Shown here one piece after another: positions 49,901 to 63,066 of a stretch of 64,000 nt of DNA. The stretch covers positions 22,878,001-22,942,000 of the forward strand of contig NC_042998.1 of the NCBI RefSeq assembly GCF_006345805.1, read 5' to 3'. This DNA is from Octopus sinensis. Lineage: Eukaryota. A model generated the notes under the pieces. The model made no database searches. It worked only from the letters and a program-made list of their open reading frames with translations, and was not told the DNA's origin. A program made the translations under genes and the position numbers. Position 1 is the first letter of the stretch, and each line of letters begins with the position of its first letter.

Positions 49901-50326
49901 CCCCAACTTAACATAAAAAATTAATGAAACACAAATCACTTATATAATACCCTATCTGTTTGTAGAGCTAGGTGTACTTCTTCATGATCTCTATTTACAA
50001 CAATAAGCACTGAGCCAGAGAGAATGAAGATGGATGGAGTCAAGTGTTTTTGCCCTGGTTCCAGCTCATTATCAATGACAGATTAGATATGACTTAGTAG
50101 ATGGCAAAATGACGCTTTACCAATTGTGCCATCTGTAATCCTGAAACCATCAGACTTAATATGAAATAATTTTCTTCCCTTTTTTTTTCCATTTTTTCTT
50201 CTTCTTTTTGCCAGCTTGTAGCTGTCTTGTAAAGTTATTGCTTGACTACATTTCCAATAGTTGGGTTTCTAACAAACGTTTAAATGGAAAAACTAAAAAT
50301 AATCTAGAGAAAACAGAAATAATTAC

Positions 50327-50356
50327 CTTAACCAATGTCACAGACAATGGCGTCAC
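50327..50356 (-). CDS. Candidate 30-nt microexon (VTPLSVTLVK) of an unidentified host gene
   Basis: Acceptor cttgattttgttatttctctgcag|G, donor AAG|gtaatt; only frame 0 is open; length is a multiple of 3. Confidence 0.35.
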
Positions 50357-51129
50357 CTGCAGAGAAATAACAAAATCAAGACGAACAAACAACGAAGAAC
50401 GGAGATAACAAAACATTGGCTTGGAGCAAATTATCAAACATTTCCAGCACATGAAACAATCCATTGTTATACAAACACCAAAAAGTGGGCTATATGTATT
50501 AATCGTATATTCCTCATAGCCACAGTTTCAATGTTTTCTAACCATTTTCAAAGAACTCTGCTGGATGCTGCATCAGCTTGCACAACACATGCAGAATTTT
50601 ATTAAGAGGGAGTATTTTTTGGTAATGGGGAGAGGAAAGTTTTTATTTATTTATTTATTTATTTATGGGTTTTTCTTTGAAATTCCACTGACAGTTTTCT
50701 TAATAGAAATAAAGTAACAAAATTGTATTTGGAATATCATTTCATTTGGTTTTGGAAACTCTGCTAAATTGTTATATTTTTAACATTCATTATTTCGAAT
50801 CTATTTTTGAATACTTATTGTTTCCTGGGAGATTATTTTGGCCCTGCTTCCATTGAAATTCGTCAAGAATGCCAGAATACCATATGTAGTGGGAAAAACA
50901 ATTATCAGAGAGAGAGACGGAGTCAGAGACAGAAGGATGGCTGTGCATCGCAATTTCTGAAATAGAAATGGCAATCAAATGTTGCATCTTTGGAAACATG
51001 GTGCATGTGATGGAAATCTTGTTCTTTACATAATCATACAATTTTCTTCAGATCTGATTGCTCTGATGTTTCATAAATATTCAGATTTTTGAATTTACTT
51101 CATTTCTCGCCACCATCGCTGTTGCTGTC

Positions 51130-51244
51130 ATGTTATCATTACGATGATGATGATGATGATGATGAGAATGATGGTGGTGGTGGTGGTGGTGGTGGTGATG
51201 ATGATGATGATGACGACGATGATGATGATGATGATGATGAAGAC

Positions 51245-51297
<53 letters not shown>

Positions 51298-51630
51298 CGA
51301 CGACGACGATGACGACGACGACAACGACGATGATGGTGATCGTGTTGGTGGTGGTGGTGATGGTGGCAGTGGTGGTGGTGGTGGTGGTGGTGGTGGCAGT
51401 GGTGGTAGTGGTGGTGTTGGTGATGATGATGATGAGGATGATGATGATGGTGGTGGTGGTGGTGGTGGTGGTGGTGATGATGATGATGATGACGATGATT
51501 ACGATCATGATGATTATGATGATGATGATGATTACGATGACAATGATGATGATGATGATGACACAGCCACCAATGACAACAACAACAACAATGGTGACCA
51601 CCACCACCACCACCACCACCATCACCACCG
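51130..51630. repeat. (GAT)n/(GGT)n/(GAC)n tract
   Basis: Direct reading. Confidence 0.95.
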
Positions 51631-52019
51631 ACAGCAGCTGAGATCTTTATATTGCATAATGAGAGTCTTAGTTGTATTTCAGGAAGAGTAATTGAGGAAA
51701 CAAAAAAAAAGAAGAAAAAAAAACAAGCCAAAAACAAAATCAAACAAAACAAGACAAAAAAAATACCAAGAATTAATATATTTGCATATACATTTGCATA
51801 TATGTAACTGCATATTTACATGACATAATTATTAATCTGTGTGTCATGAATATATGTGGTGGTGGTGGTGGGGACCATGGTGACCGAAAGTCCAGTAGAA
51901 GAAAACACTCAGCTCCTCTTCTAATTTGTTTCTTAAAGGGAAGTACAGCTACCCCCCCCAAAAAAAAAAAACTCACAATAGATTTAAGGAGTGATGAATT
52001 CCACCATGGGTTTGTTTTG

Positions 52020-52435
52020 TTTACTCTTTTACTCTTTACTCTTTTATTAGTTTCAGTCATTTGACTGCGGCCATGCTGGAGCACCGCCTTTAATCGGGCA
52101 ACTCGACCCCGGGACTTATTCTTTTGTAAGCCCAGTACTTTTGCCGAACCGCTAAGTAACGGGGACATAAACACACCAGCATTGGTCAAGCAATGCTAGA
52201 GGGACAAACACAGACACACAAACACACACACGCATATATATATATATTATATATATATATATACATACATACGACAGGCTTCTTTCAGTTTCCATCTACC
52301 AAATCCACTCACAAGGCTTTGGTTGGCCCGAGGCTATAGTAGAAGACACTTGCCCAAGATGCCACGCAGTGGGACTGAACCCGGAACCATGTGGTTGGTA
52401 AACAAGCTACTTACCACACAGCCACTCCTGCGCCT
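52020..52435 (-). mobile_element. SINE family A, full length
   Basis: Consensus match. Confidence 0.9.
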
Positions 52436-52669
52436 GTTTCTTTAATTTTATTGTTAGTTTAATGCATTTCATACAGAAGTCAAATATTGAAATACAAGAA
52501 TGTTTAGGAATCATCTCTAGGAATTACTGGGCTCAATTGTCGAAGTTTGTTTTTTATGAGAGGATTAGAAATAGGAAAACAGAGAAAAAATTTTACTGGT
52601 TACATAGATATGAGTTAAATTTTATGATTATCTAATTATGAGCCTACAAATTGTATAAATCATTAGCAT

Positions 52670-53277
52670 TTAACCCTTTCGTTACCAACAAATGTCTTGT
52701 TTTTATAAGTTTTGAATTAAAATCTTCCATCAAACCTTTGTTACAATTTATGTTCCTAACACTAGCTTAATGATAACTTAATTATTTTACTAAATTCTTT
52801 GTTATATTTAAAGTAATTGAAGGAAACACAGAACATCTCAACAGGAATATGGTAACAAAAGGGTTAACAAATGATTGATTTAACCCTTTGGATACCAACC
52901 CACCTGAAACTGCCTCTACTTCTATAGTACAAATGTCTTGTTTTCATAAGTTTTGAATTAAAATCTTCCACCAAACCTTAGTCACAATTTATGTTCCTAA
53001 CACTAGCTTAATGATAACTAAGTTATTTTACTAAATTCTTTGTTATATTTAAAGTAATTGAAAGAAATACAGTGCATCTCAACAGGAATATGGTAACAAA
53101 AGGGTTAACAAATGATTAATTTAACCCTTTTGATACCAACCCACCTGAAACTGCCTCTATCTCTGAGTACAAATGTTTTGGTTTCAAAAATTCTGAATAA
53201 AAATTTCCACCAAACCTTAGTCACAATTTATGTTCCTAATGCTAACTTAATGATAACTAAGTTATTTTACTAAATTC
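52670..53277 (+). mobile_element. Tandem array of three piggyBac-like MITEs
   Basis: TTAA|CCCTTT...AAAGGG|TTAA units at 52674-52863, 52884-53104 and 53125-53277 (truncated), separated by caaatgatt(g/a)at. Confidence 0.85.
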
Positions 53278-53554
53278 AAGACAATTTCACCAATAAAAGA
53301 TGAATTGTTTCTTTGGTATATAATTGTTTTAACCAACCTATTTATTATATTATTATGGCAAAGCTACAAGGGAGGGGGGGGGAAATAAAGCACTCTAAAA
53401 GATGTTTATGCTTTAAAAAAAAAATAAAATAGAAGTCTGCTTAAATAAAAAGTAATACAATACAAATATGATAGCATTTACAAAGAACAAAAAGAAAAGA
53501 AAAAAACAGTTAAATCTAAAGCAGAATTATAAAAAAAATATATATATATATAAG

Positions 53555-54022
53555 CACAGTGTGGCTGTGTGGTAAGAAGCTTGCTTACCAACCACATGGT
53601 TCTGGGTTCAGTTCCACTGCGTGGCATCTTGGGCAACTGTCTTCTACTATAGCCTCGGGCCGACCAAAGCCTTGTGAGTGGATTTGGTAGACAGAAACTG
53701 AAAGAAACTCATCATGAGGCCTATGGAAATATATAACTATCCCATTTTTAACTGCCTACAACCTCAATATAATTGACAAGTATAGGCACAAAAAATTACT
53801 TTTTTCCATAGGCTGAAACAGCTGTAAGTGATTTTAATGACTCTAACAATTTATATTAATGCTTTTTTTAATAACTACTTATATTCTTATCTTAAATGTA
53901 TTGAATTTTATACTGTATATATGAATGTTATTATGGTTGTAGTTTTGATAATTGAATAAGGCAACATTCTAATATCCTAAAGCTGATAAACCAACTAATG
54001 GGTTTCTCTATTTTCTTATTTG

Positions 54023-54080
<58 letters not shown>

Positions 54081-54300
54081 ATGTATGTATGTATTATGTA
54101 TATATGTGTATGTGTGTGTATATTTGTGCTTGACAACCAATATTGGTATGTTTGTGTCCGTGTAACTTAGCAGTTTAGCAAAAGAGGCCAATAGAACAAG
54201 TACTAGGCTTACAAAGAATAAGTCCTGGGGTCGATTTGTTTGACTAAAGGCGGTTCTCCAGCATGGCTGCAGTCAAATGACTGAAACAAGTAAAAGAATA
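53555..54300 (+). mobile_element. SINE family A split into halves (53555-53712, 54110-54300) by ~400 bp of other sequence
   Basis: Both halves match the consensus in the same orientation. Confidence 0.7.
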
Positions 54301-54598
54301 AATGGATATAAAAAGCAATTTTTTTCAGAGCTGCCATTTCTCTAAATCAGATTGGCTGCCATATCTTCGAAATTATCTGTACAACAAAATTATCTCACGG
54401 CAAAATTTCTTATCCAGCAAAGATTCCTAGGGTGAGTTTTCCTGCTGCAAAAATGTTTACGGCAAATGTTCCCTGGAACCCTATATATCTTTTACCTTTT
54501 ATTTGCTTCTGTCATTTGATGGTGGCCATGCTGGGGCAACCACCTTGAAGATTTTTTATTGGAATGAACAAACCCCAGGTCTTAATTTTTTTCTTTAA

Positions 54599-54819
54599 CC
54601 CTTTAGTGTTCACATTATTCTGCCAAAATTAATGCTTTTTAATCCACATTATTTTGAACTAATCATGCATTATCTTGTAGCTATGAGATTTTGATGAGGT
54701 AGCTGTTAATTTTTAAAATGATATTGTAGGGTTGGTGTGAAAGACCAGATATGGCCAGTTTGAACATAAAACAGGCAGAATACTTTTGGCCGGATATGGC
54801 TGGTTTAAATGCTAAAGGG
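54599..54819 (+). mobile_element. piggyBac-like MITE, 221 bp
   Basis: TTAA|CCCTTTAG...CTAAAGGG|TTAA. Confidence 0.85.
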
Positions 54820-55012
54820 TTAAGCCTGTTTTTTTTTATTCCATCACACTCTTTTGTTGAAATGTTAAATTACAGAGATGTAAACACACACACACACACA
54901 CATGTCTTTAGCGTTTCCTTGTTTTATTCATTAGACTGCAGTCTTGCTGGGGGACCCCCTTGAAGAACTTTCAGACAAATGAATCAACTTATTTTTTCTT
55001 TCTTTTCTATTC

Positions 55013-55212
55013 TAGGCGCAAGGCCCGAAATTCTTGGGGGAAAGGGCCAGTCGATTAGATCGACCCCATTACGCAACTGGTACTTAATTTATCAACCCCG
55101 AAAGGATGAAAGGAAAAGTCGACCTCGGCGGGATTTGAACTCAGGACGTAAAGACAGACGAAATACCGCTAAGCATTTCGCCCGACGTGTTAACGTTTCT
55201 GCCAGCTCGACG
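55013..55212 (-). mobile_element. SINE family B with alternative tail
   Basis: B head and centre, tail ggcgcaaggcccgaaattcttgggggaaggg. Confidence 0.8.
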
Positions 55213-55239
55213 CCTTATCTTATTTTTTCTTTAAGCCTG

Positions 55240-55707
55240 GTACTTCCTTCATTGGTCTCTTTTGCCAAACTGCTATGTTACAGGGACATAAACACACCAA
55301 CACTGGTTGTCAAGCAGTGATGGGGGACAGACCTAGACACAAGCACACACATGCACACACACACACACACACACACGGCCTTCTTATAGTTTCTGTCAAC
55401 CAAATCCACTCACAAGGCTTTGGTTGGCCCAAGGCTATAGTAGAAGACACTTGCCCAAGGTGCCACACAGTGGGACTGAACCTGGAACCATGTGGTTGGG
55501 AAGCAAACTTCTTACCACACAGCCATGCCTGTGTATGTGTATGTATGCATATATGTATCTATGTATGTATGAAGGTATGCATGTATGTGTGTATGTATGT
55601 ATGTATGTATATATGTAGGTTTGTGTGTGTATGTATGTATGCATGCATGTATGTATGTATATGTACTCAAATATATATACACACCTATCTATCCTCTACT
55701 ATAAATA

Positions 55708-55805
<98 letters not shown>

Positions 55806-56055
55806 ATATATATATATGTATATATGTATGTGTGTGTGTTTTTGTGTCTATGTTTGTCCCCCTAGCATTGCTTGACAACCGATGCTGGTGTGTTTACATC
55901 CCTGTCACTTAGCGGTTCGGCAAAAGAGACCGATAGAATAAGTACTGGGCTTACAAAGAATAAGTCCCGGGGTCGAGTTGCTCGATTAAAGGCGGTGCTC
56001 CAGCATGGCCGCAGTCAAATGACTGAAACAAGTAAAAGAAAGAATAAAAGAAATA
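55240..56055. mobile_element. SINE A (minus, 55240-55530) and SINE A 3' half (plus, 55840-56055) around a microsatellite
   Basis: Consensus matches in opposite orientation. Confidence 0.8.
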
Positions 56056-56061
56056 AAAGAT

Positions 56062-56092
<31 letters not shown>

Positions 56093-56708
56093 CATGCATG
56101 TGTGTGTGTGTGTGTGTGTGTGTAAACATTGCCCATCTTTTCTATATGTTAGAAGTGAACAGTGTACAGTTCTTAATTGAGCTGTAATTCCAATGAGGAA
56201 TTTCCAATCTATGGCTTTAGCTTCAATTATCTGTTGGCATTTCTGTAACAAGTGATTTTACCCTTTTTTTATCTTTTATTTCTTCAATTTTTATTTCGAA
56301 TTCTTTCTTTATTTCTGGGGGGGGGGTTCTTCTTTTTTTTGTGTCATTAAACCTTAAATTATCAAATTTATTTCCGAACCCCCATCAATAATAATGCTCT
56401 AAATCTGTTGGGGGTTTCTGACCCAGTTTGTTTTTAAGAACAGCTTAACAGTTATGTCCCTTACATCTTCCAATGCCCACAACAGCTTTCGCAGCTTATG
56501 AGAACGATATTTTTTACTTGCAATTTTGTTTTTAATTGCAACTTTGTCACACCAATTTAATCGATTTTTTTTCAAAAATCACAAATCACTGAATCAAAAT
56601 AAAAAAAAGATACTTAAAACCACTTAACTTGACATTTCAACAGACTGTCCTTAACGTAGCAAGAAGTATTAGAAAATCCAAATATTTTACTATAATATAA
56701 TATATAAT

Positions 56709-56759
<51 letters not shown>

Positions 56760-57313
56760 GCCCTGATGCAGTACCAGGCAGTGGCTCTCATGGCTTCTGA
56801 TCTTAACTGATTGCAAGTGTTATCATGTACATTGTTTTGTCTTGGTATAAAAGATGGGCTACAGCAAATATTCTGCTCAATACCACAGATTTGCTTGTCA
56901 GTTGTTTGATCTTAACCAGTTGAGCATGTCCCTTAGTGGCTAACAGTATGTGAATCTCTGATCACGAGCAGAAGTAGTGGGGGAGCATCATAGCCATGTG
57001 TTGAGAGGGATTCTTTGGGGTTTGAATAATTCACCTTTGGGAACAGGGGTGTTTCGTTCAACATCCTTAAACAACCCTTATTCAGGGACCTTTTGAGCGG
57101 GATGGGCTACTCGACCAGAACAAAATTCTAACTGGGCCCCACCTCCAAAGTCATGTGCTGTTTATCTTGATATGAGATCTCCATGTCGCGCACATTTGGT
57201 TGTGATGCATGTGCCTAGTGTACCCTTATCAGACGGGTAGTCATGATGGGTATACTGGGCTTCGTATATTTTACCCCAGTGTCACTTTGATGGCATGCAC
57301 TGCTCTCTCACTC
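56760..57313. mobile_element. Family F element (554 bp) flanked by (AAT)n
   Basis: Same termini as 29453-30000. Confidence 0.85.
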
Positions 57314-57602
57314 AATAATAATAATAATAATGAAATTATTGTATACAGTGCTCAGGTGCACCACAACTTGTCAGAAAGTGCATATAAAGTACATGCAGTA
57401 ATGTAGAAATGTCTGGAAAGTGAACAGTATATGAGTCAGATACATGCTTGCATGTGTATGGAGGGGAGAAAATCAGGTGCAGTGTTGGCGAATCTCAGGA
57501 AGCATGGAAGTTTTGAAGGATACAGTGCTCCGACTACTAACAACTGATGCCGGCAGTTTGTTCCATACTTCAGCATCTCTTAGCATGAAAAAATGTTTCC
57601 GA
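57314..57602 (-). mobile_element. CR1-clade LINE 3' end
   Basis: Near-identical to 62244-62560; (ATT)n tail. Confidence 0.85.
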
Positions 57603-58069
57603 AATAATAATGATCAATCGTGAATTCAAATCCTAACGAACTGGGATTGTTGTTTGTTATATTCTGTGCTTATACAAGGTTGTACGACTTTTGATAATCA
57701 TTTGAAATGTTTGAAGAAAACTTAAGTGAAACCAATGAATGAAATTATGCCAGAGGCTTTCTCTCAATAAATTGTAAAAGCCCAATGTAAACTTAGATGA
57801 ACTTGTGCAGAATCTAATTGTATTCTTTCATAATTGCGATTTTAAAGCTTTAACAGCTAGAGGAAATAAATCATCATTTATAAGATAGTCTTTTACATTT
57901 GGAATACGTTTATAGCAAGACTGTCAAGCTGGGGTGACGAAAGCTAAATTCAGCTGCATGCTGTTATCCAAAAATAACCAGTCATTTCTCTGTCCCAGGG
58001 CCGGATTAAGACCCATAGAGGCCATAAACACTTAAAATATTTTAGTAACCCCATTCTTTCTTTTTCTTT

Positions 58070-58463
58070 TTTCGTTTACTTGTTTCAGTCATTTGACTGA
58101 GGCCATGCTGGAGCACCAACTTTAGTCAAGCAAATCGACCCCGGGACTTATTCTTTGTAAGCCCAGTACTTATTCTATCGGTCTCTTTTGCCGAACCGCT
58201 AAGTGACGGGGACGTAAACACACCAGCATCGGTTGTCAAGCAATGCTAGGGGGACAAACACAGACACACAAACACACACGCATACATATATACATATATA
58301 CGACAGGCTTCTTTCAGTTTCCGTCTGCCAAATCCACTCACAAGGCATTGGTCAGCCCGGGACTATAGCAGAAGACACTTGCCCAAGATGCCACGCAGTG
58401 GGACTGAACCCGGAACCATGTGGTTGGTTAGCAAGCTACTTACCACACAGCCACTCCTGTGCC
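58070..58463 (-). mobile_element. SINE family A, full length
   Basis: Consensus match. Confidence 0.9.
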
Positions 58464-58574
58464 TATATGTATGTAATTCAAAATATAAACAATAATAAAG
58501 CATAAAATTAATTTTCATTTTTCAAAATGAAACAAAGATGGGTAATAATGTTTGTTTTTGTATTGTTTGTTCCT

Positions 58575-58830
58575 TCTCGAGCCATGCCTGGCTCATAAGG
58601 TTCGGTTTCCCGGTTTCCTTGGCATATAGGATTCCCCACCTGGATGGGACGCCGGTCTGTCGCAGGTGAGCAGCAAGATGCAGAAGGAAAGAGTGAGAGA
58701 AAGTTGGGGTGAAAGAATCAGCAGAAGTTTGCCATTACCTTCTGCCGGAGCCGCGTGGAACTGAGGTGTTTCACTCATAAACACACACATCGCCCGGTCT
58801 GAGATTTGAACTCTCGACCGTGAGTCCGCT
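58575..58830 (-). mobile_element. SINE with E-like head and V-like tail
   Basis: Head related to 3490-3640; tail ctgcgacagaccggcgtcccatccagg...gaaaccgg related to 43060-43135. Confidence 0.7.
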
Positions 58831-59382
58831 TGTTTTTGTATACTTGTGCCTCCACTTGTTTTTGTATACTTCCACTTATTTTCTATTTGAAAAGTTTTCT
58901 CTCGCTTTTTTAATTGTAAATTCTTTGATCAGATCCTCAGAATTAATCTTACAAAACATCTGCTTCTATACTGAATATCATTTTACCAAGTTTAAGGTGA
59001 TTTCTTTTGTGCCATAAACCATTTACCATTACTGTGGTGACTCCTTTCCCTTGATGCCCTCAGCACATGCTTATTTTGCTTAATCCAGTGCTGCTCTGTA
59101 CCAATGTGGACAATAGTTAACTGATGGTGAAGTATTCATGTAATAATATTGTAGTATCAGCAGGCGAACTGGCAAAATCGTTAGCACTCTGGGCGAAATG
59201 CTTGGCGGTATTTCATCTGTCTTTATGTTCTGAGTACAAATTCCACCAGGGGTTGACTTTGCCTTTCATCCTACAGTTCTCTACATGTTCAAACATTCTC
59301 AGAACCACACTGCTAGAGAGTAAAACATTAGCAATTGGACAGTGTGAGCCTGTAGATGAGATGTTCGAAACATGCTCAATCT

Positions 59383-59710
59383 AATAATAATATGATAATA
59401 ATGAAATTATTGTGTATAGTGCTCAGGTGCACTACAACTCATCGAAGGTGCATGTACAGTACATAGAATTATGTACAAAAGTCAGGAAGGTGAACAGTGT
59501 AAGAGTCATGATGTACATGTGTGCATGTGCATGGAGTGGGGGATATCAGGTGTTGTGTTGGTGAATTTCAGAAAGCATGAAGGTTTTAAACGCTGCAATG
59601 TGTTGGCAACTAGCAACTGATGCAGGTATTTTATTCCATGCTTCAGTAATTCTGGATGTGAAAAAATGTTTCTGAAAGTCATGGGAGTTGTGCTGCTTTC
59701 TGAATTTGAT
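59383..59710 (-). mobile_element. Older CR1 3' end
   Basis: FRKQHNSHDFQKHFFTSRITEAWNKIPASV; diverged copy of 62244-62600. Confidence 0.8.
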
Positions 59711-59990
59711 ATGCAGAAGCATATCAACTATCTTTTTTGTTTTCATGGGTTTCTCTGTTGTCAAAAGAAAAATTCAGTGACAAATTTGAACAATCTTCTG
59801 CTTTGTATCCTAAAATCTAGAGAACATACATTTCCTATGGTAGCTGAAAGATCTACCCTCATACTTTGCATCCAGCCGAAACTGCTGTTTGTCAAAAAAG
59901 TGTAAAAGGTTAAGACACTAGGCTTTTGACTACCAGTGTGGTAGCCACATCGCTTTTACCTCACATTAAAAAATTAAGATAACTTTTTGT

Positions 59991-60220
59991 TATTTCTTTA
60001 TTGCCCACAAGGGGCTAAACACAGAGGGGACAAACAAGGACAGACAAAGGGATTAAGTCAATTAGATTGACCCCAGTGTGTAACTGGTTCTTAATTTATC
60101 GACCCCGAAAGGATGAAAGGCTGAGTCGACCTCAGCAGAATTTGAACTCAGAACATAGAGGCAGACGAAATACTGCTAAGCATTTCGCCTGGCATGCTAA
60201 CGTTTCTGCCAGCTCGCTGC
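59991..60220 (-). mobile_element. SINE family B with 18-bp TSD
   Basis: TSD attaagataactttttgt at 59973-59990 and 60221-60238. Confidence 0.92.
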
Positions 60221-60741
60221 ATTAAGATAACTTTTTGTGACAACTCAAGGGCCACTGTCATGCCTGCATCTATCAAAACCTGTTGCTAGTCAAGAGCGTA
60301 AAATGGTAAACAATTTAGTTAAGCATGCTAGTCTGGTTGCCATGCCACTTCTGCACCACAGTCTAAGGCAGCTTCTTTGTCAATTCATTTTGAATCTATT
60401 TTCCTGACAACTGTATGTTCTGCTTCTGAACCTCTTAAACTTTCTAAGATAATGGCAAAACTTAATAATGTAGTAAAAATTCTCACAGATACAGGTTAGT
60501 CAGAAGATGCCATCAGTAAAAAAATTACTTATTCAACTCAATCTGAAAAATAACTCATTTCCTCAAAAGAAATGACCAATCTCGTGGCTAATTTTGAATT
60601 ATAAGTGAAAATAAATGGATCTTGTATTACAAAAATATTTATGAAAGATTATGCTAAACCATAGGACTTGCTGTTCTTTGACAACTTTAAACTTATGTTA
60701 CTTCGTGCATGCCTTTTTAAAAATTATTTAATGGAGCGTGA

Positions 60742-61538
60742 TCATTGCCAGAGCAACAAGCTGGCCTCTGTGCCGATGGCACGTCAAAAGCACCATTCGA
60801 GCGTGATTGTTACCTGCATCGCCTTACTGGCACTTGTGTTGGTGGCACATGAAAAAACATTCAAGCGAGGTCGTTGCCAGTGCTGCTGGACTGGCTCCTG
60901 TGCAGGTGGCACATCAGGACCATTTGAGCGTGGCTGCTGCCAGTACCGCCTGACTGGCCCTCATGCGGTGGCACGTAAAAAGCACCATTTGAGAGTGATC
61001 GTTACCAGCGTCGCCTTACTGGCACTTGTGTTGGTGGCACATGAAAAAACATTCAAGCGAGGTCGTTGCCAGTGCTGCTGGACTGGCTCCTGTGCAGGTG
61101 GCACATCAGGACCATTTGAGCGTGGCTGCTGCCAGTACCGCCTGACTGGCCCTCATGCCGGTGGCACGTAAAAAGCACCATTTGAGAGTGATCGTTACCA
61201 GCGTCGCCTTACTGGCACTTGTGTTGGTGGCACATGAAAAAACATTCAAGCGAGGTCGTTGCCAGTGCCGCTGGGCTGGCTCCTGTGCAGGTGGCACATC
61301 AGCACCATTCGAGCATGGCCGCTGCCAGTACCATGTGACTGGCCCTCATGCTGGTGGCACATAAAAGTACCCACTTCACTCTCAGAGTAGTTGACGTTAG
61401 GAAGGGCATCCAGCTGTAGAAACTCTGCCAGATCAGACTGGAGTCTGGTGCAGCCATCTGGTTCACCAGTCCTCAGTAAAATCGTCCAACCCATGCTAGC
61501 ATGAAAAGTGGACGTTAAACGATGATGATGATGATGAT
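60742..61538 (+). mobile_element. RTE 3' end (family C) with three ~193-bp higher-order repeats
   Basis: catgaaaaaacattcaagcgagg recurs at about 60848, 61040 and 61233; standard terminus. Confidence 0.88.
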
Positions 61539-62240
61539 CAAACCTTTCTCTAACCCTTGGTATTTCCCACCTACAAGTGGCTAGAGCACCTGCTTAACTT
61601 TTCCAGATTCATACTCTAAACTTCTTCCCTGATATTTGTGTGCCAGGACAGTTTTCCTGGGTGTTTGGTCTTGATAGCCTCTCATAACTGCCTCAGCAAG
61701 TTGCCGTAATTCTCTCCATTGATGGTGCAGCCCTTTTGAAGATAGCCAATAAACATAATGCCTTTTGCATCCCAAAAAACTGAGGACATCACCTTCCCTG
61801 CAGATGAAACGACCTTGGCCTTCTTTGGAGCAGGTGATGATGGGTGTTCCCACTGCACCAATTCTCTCTCTCTCTCTCCCTCTCTCTCTTTCTCTCCAAG
61901 TGACGAACACAACACTCTTTCTGGGTTAGGAAACATTCAAGTAAACAAGCTGGGTCTGACTCAAACTATGTCAAGATTTTTTTCCATGATGTGATCGACC
62001 TGGTGCGTTTTTGATCAAGAATCAGAAGTCGTGACACCCACCGAAAAGAAACTACCGTCATGCCAACTTCATTGTACTGAATATTCTCAACTTTATCATG
62101 GGACATGCACATAGCAATGGCTATTTGATTTATAGTCAATTGCTTGTCATCTATCACCTTGTGGTGAACACAATCAATGTTTTCCTCTGTGGTGACAGTT
62201 ACAGGACATTCAGACCTTGGGCCATCTTCTAGACTCTCTC

Positions 62241-62241
<1 letters not shown>

Positions 62242-62298
<57 letters not shown>

Positions 62299-62738
62299 AA
62301 TTATTGTATACAGTGCTCAGGTGCACCACAACCAGTCAAAAGTGCATATGCAGTAATGTACAAATGTCTGGAAAGTGAACAGTGTATGAGTCAGATACAT
62401 GCTTGCGTGTGTATGGAGGGGAGAAAATCAGGTGTAGTGTTGGCGAATCTCAGGAAGCATGGAAGTTTTGAAGGATGCAGTGCTCCGACAACTAACAACT
62501 GATGCCGGCAGTTTGTTCCATGCTTCAGCAACTCTTAGCGTGAAAAAATGTTTCCAAAAGTCATGGGAGCTGTGCTGTTTTCTGACTTTGTAAACATGTC
62601 CACGGGTGTTAGACAGGTGGAGTTTGAAAAGGTGCTCAGAGTTATTGTTTGTAAGATGGTTAATAATTTTATGGGTGTCTGCCAAGTCAGCTGCCAGAAG
62701 TCGGAGTTTCAATGTATCCATGCCCATGGATACATTCT
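62242..62738 (-). mobile_element. CR1-clade LINE 3' end
   Basis: LRLLAADLADTHKII..NTRGHVYKVRKQHSSHDFWKHFFTLRVAEAWNKLP (CR1 C-terminal signature); (ATT)n tail. Confidence 0.9.
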
Positions 62739-63066
62739 TCTCCTCCAAAATTCAGCTGCCCGCGTTTGCACTGTTGATAAAGCTGGAGATTCATCCCTTA
62801 ATGTAGTAACCATGTCAGCATGAATGTCCATTGGGGCTGAACCGTTTTTCTGCAGGTACATGATAACACCACGAAGCCAAATCATGTCCATTTTCAAGAG
62901 AATTCGCCACCAGTTACTTTCGAAGTTTTCTTTGACCAGTCAGATGTCAGATTACCTGGGAAGAAACAATGTAGTTATTAAAAAGAAGAGAATAAAAATT
63001 AATCAAATAAGTTTTTCATAGCCCTAGCATCTCTCCTTCATAGTCAACCTAAGAACTTTTCAACCT

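Noticed and set aside
53719-53813. 95-bp mini-MITE with 11-bp inverted ends
   Set aside because: Short TIR, no convincing TSD, single copy in the window.
57976-58045. hAT-like TIR start cagggccggattaagacc
   Set aside because: Only one end is visible, so no element can be delimited.
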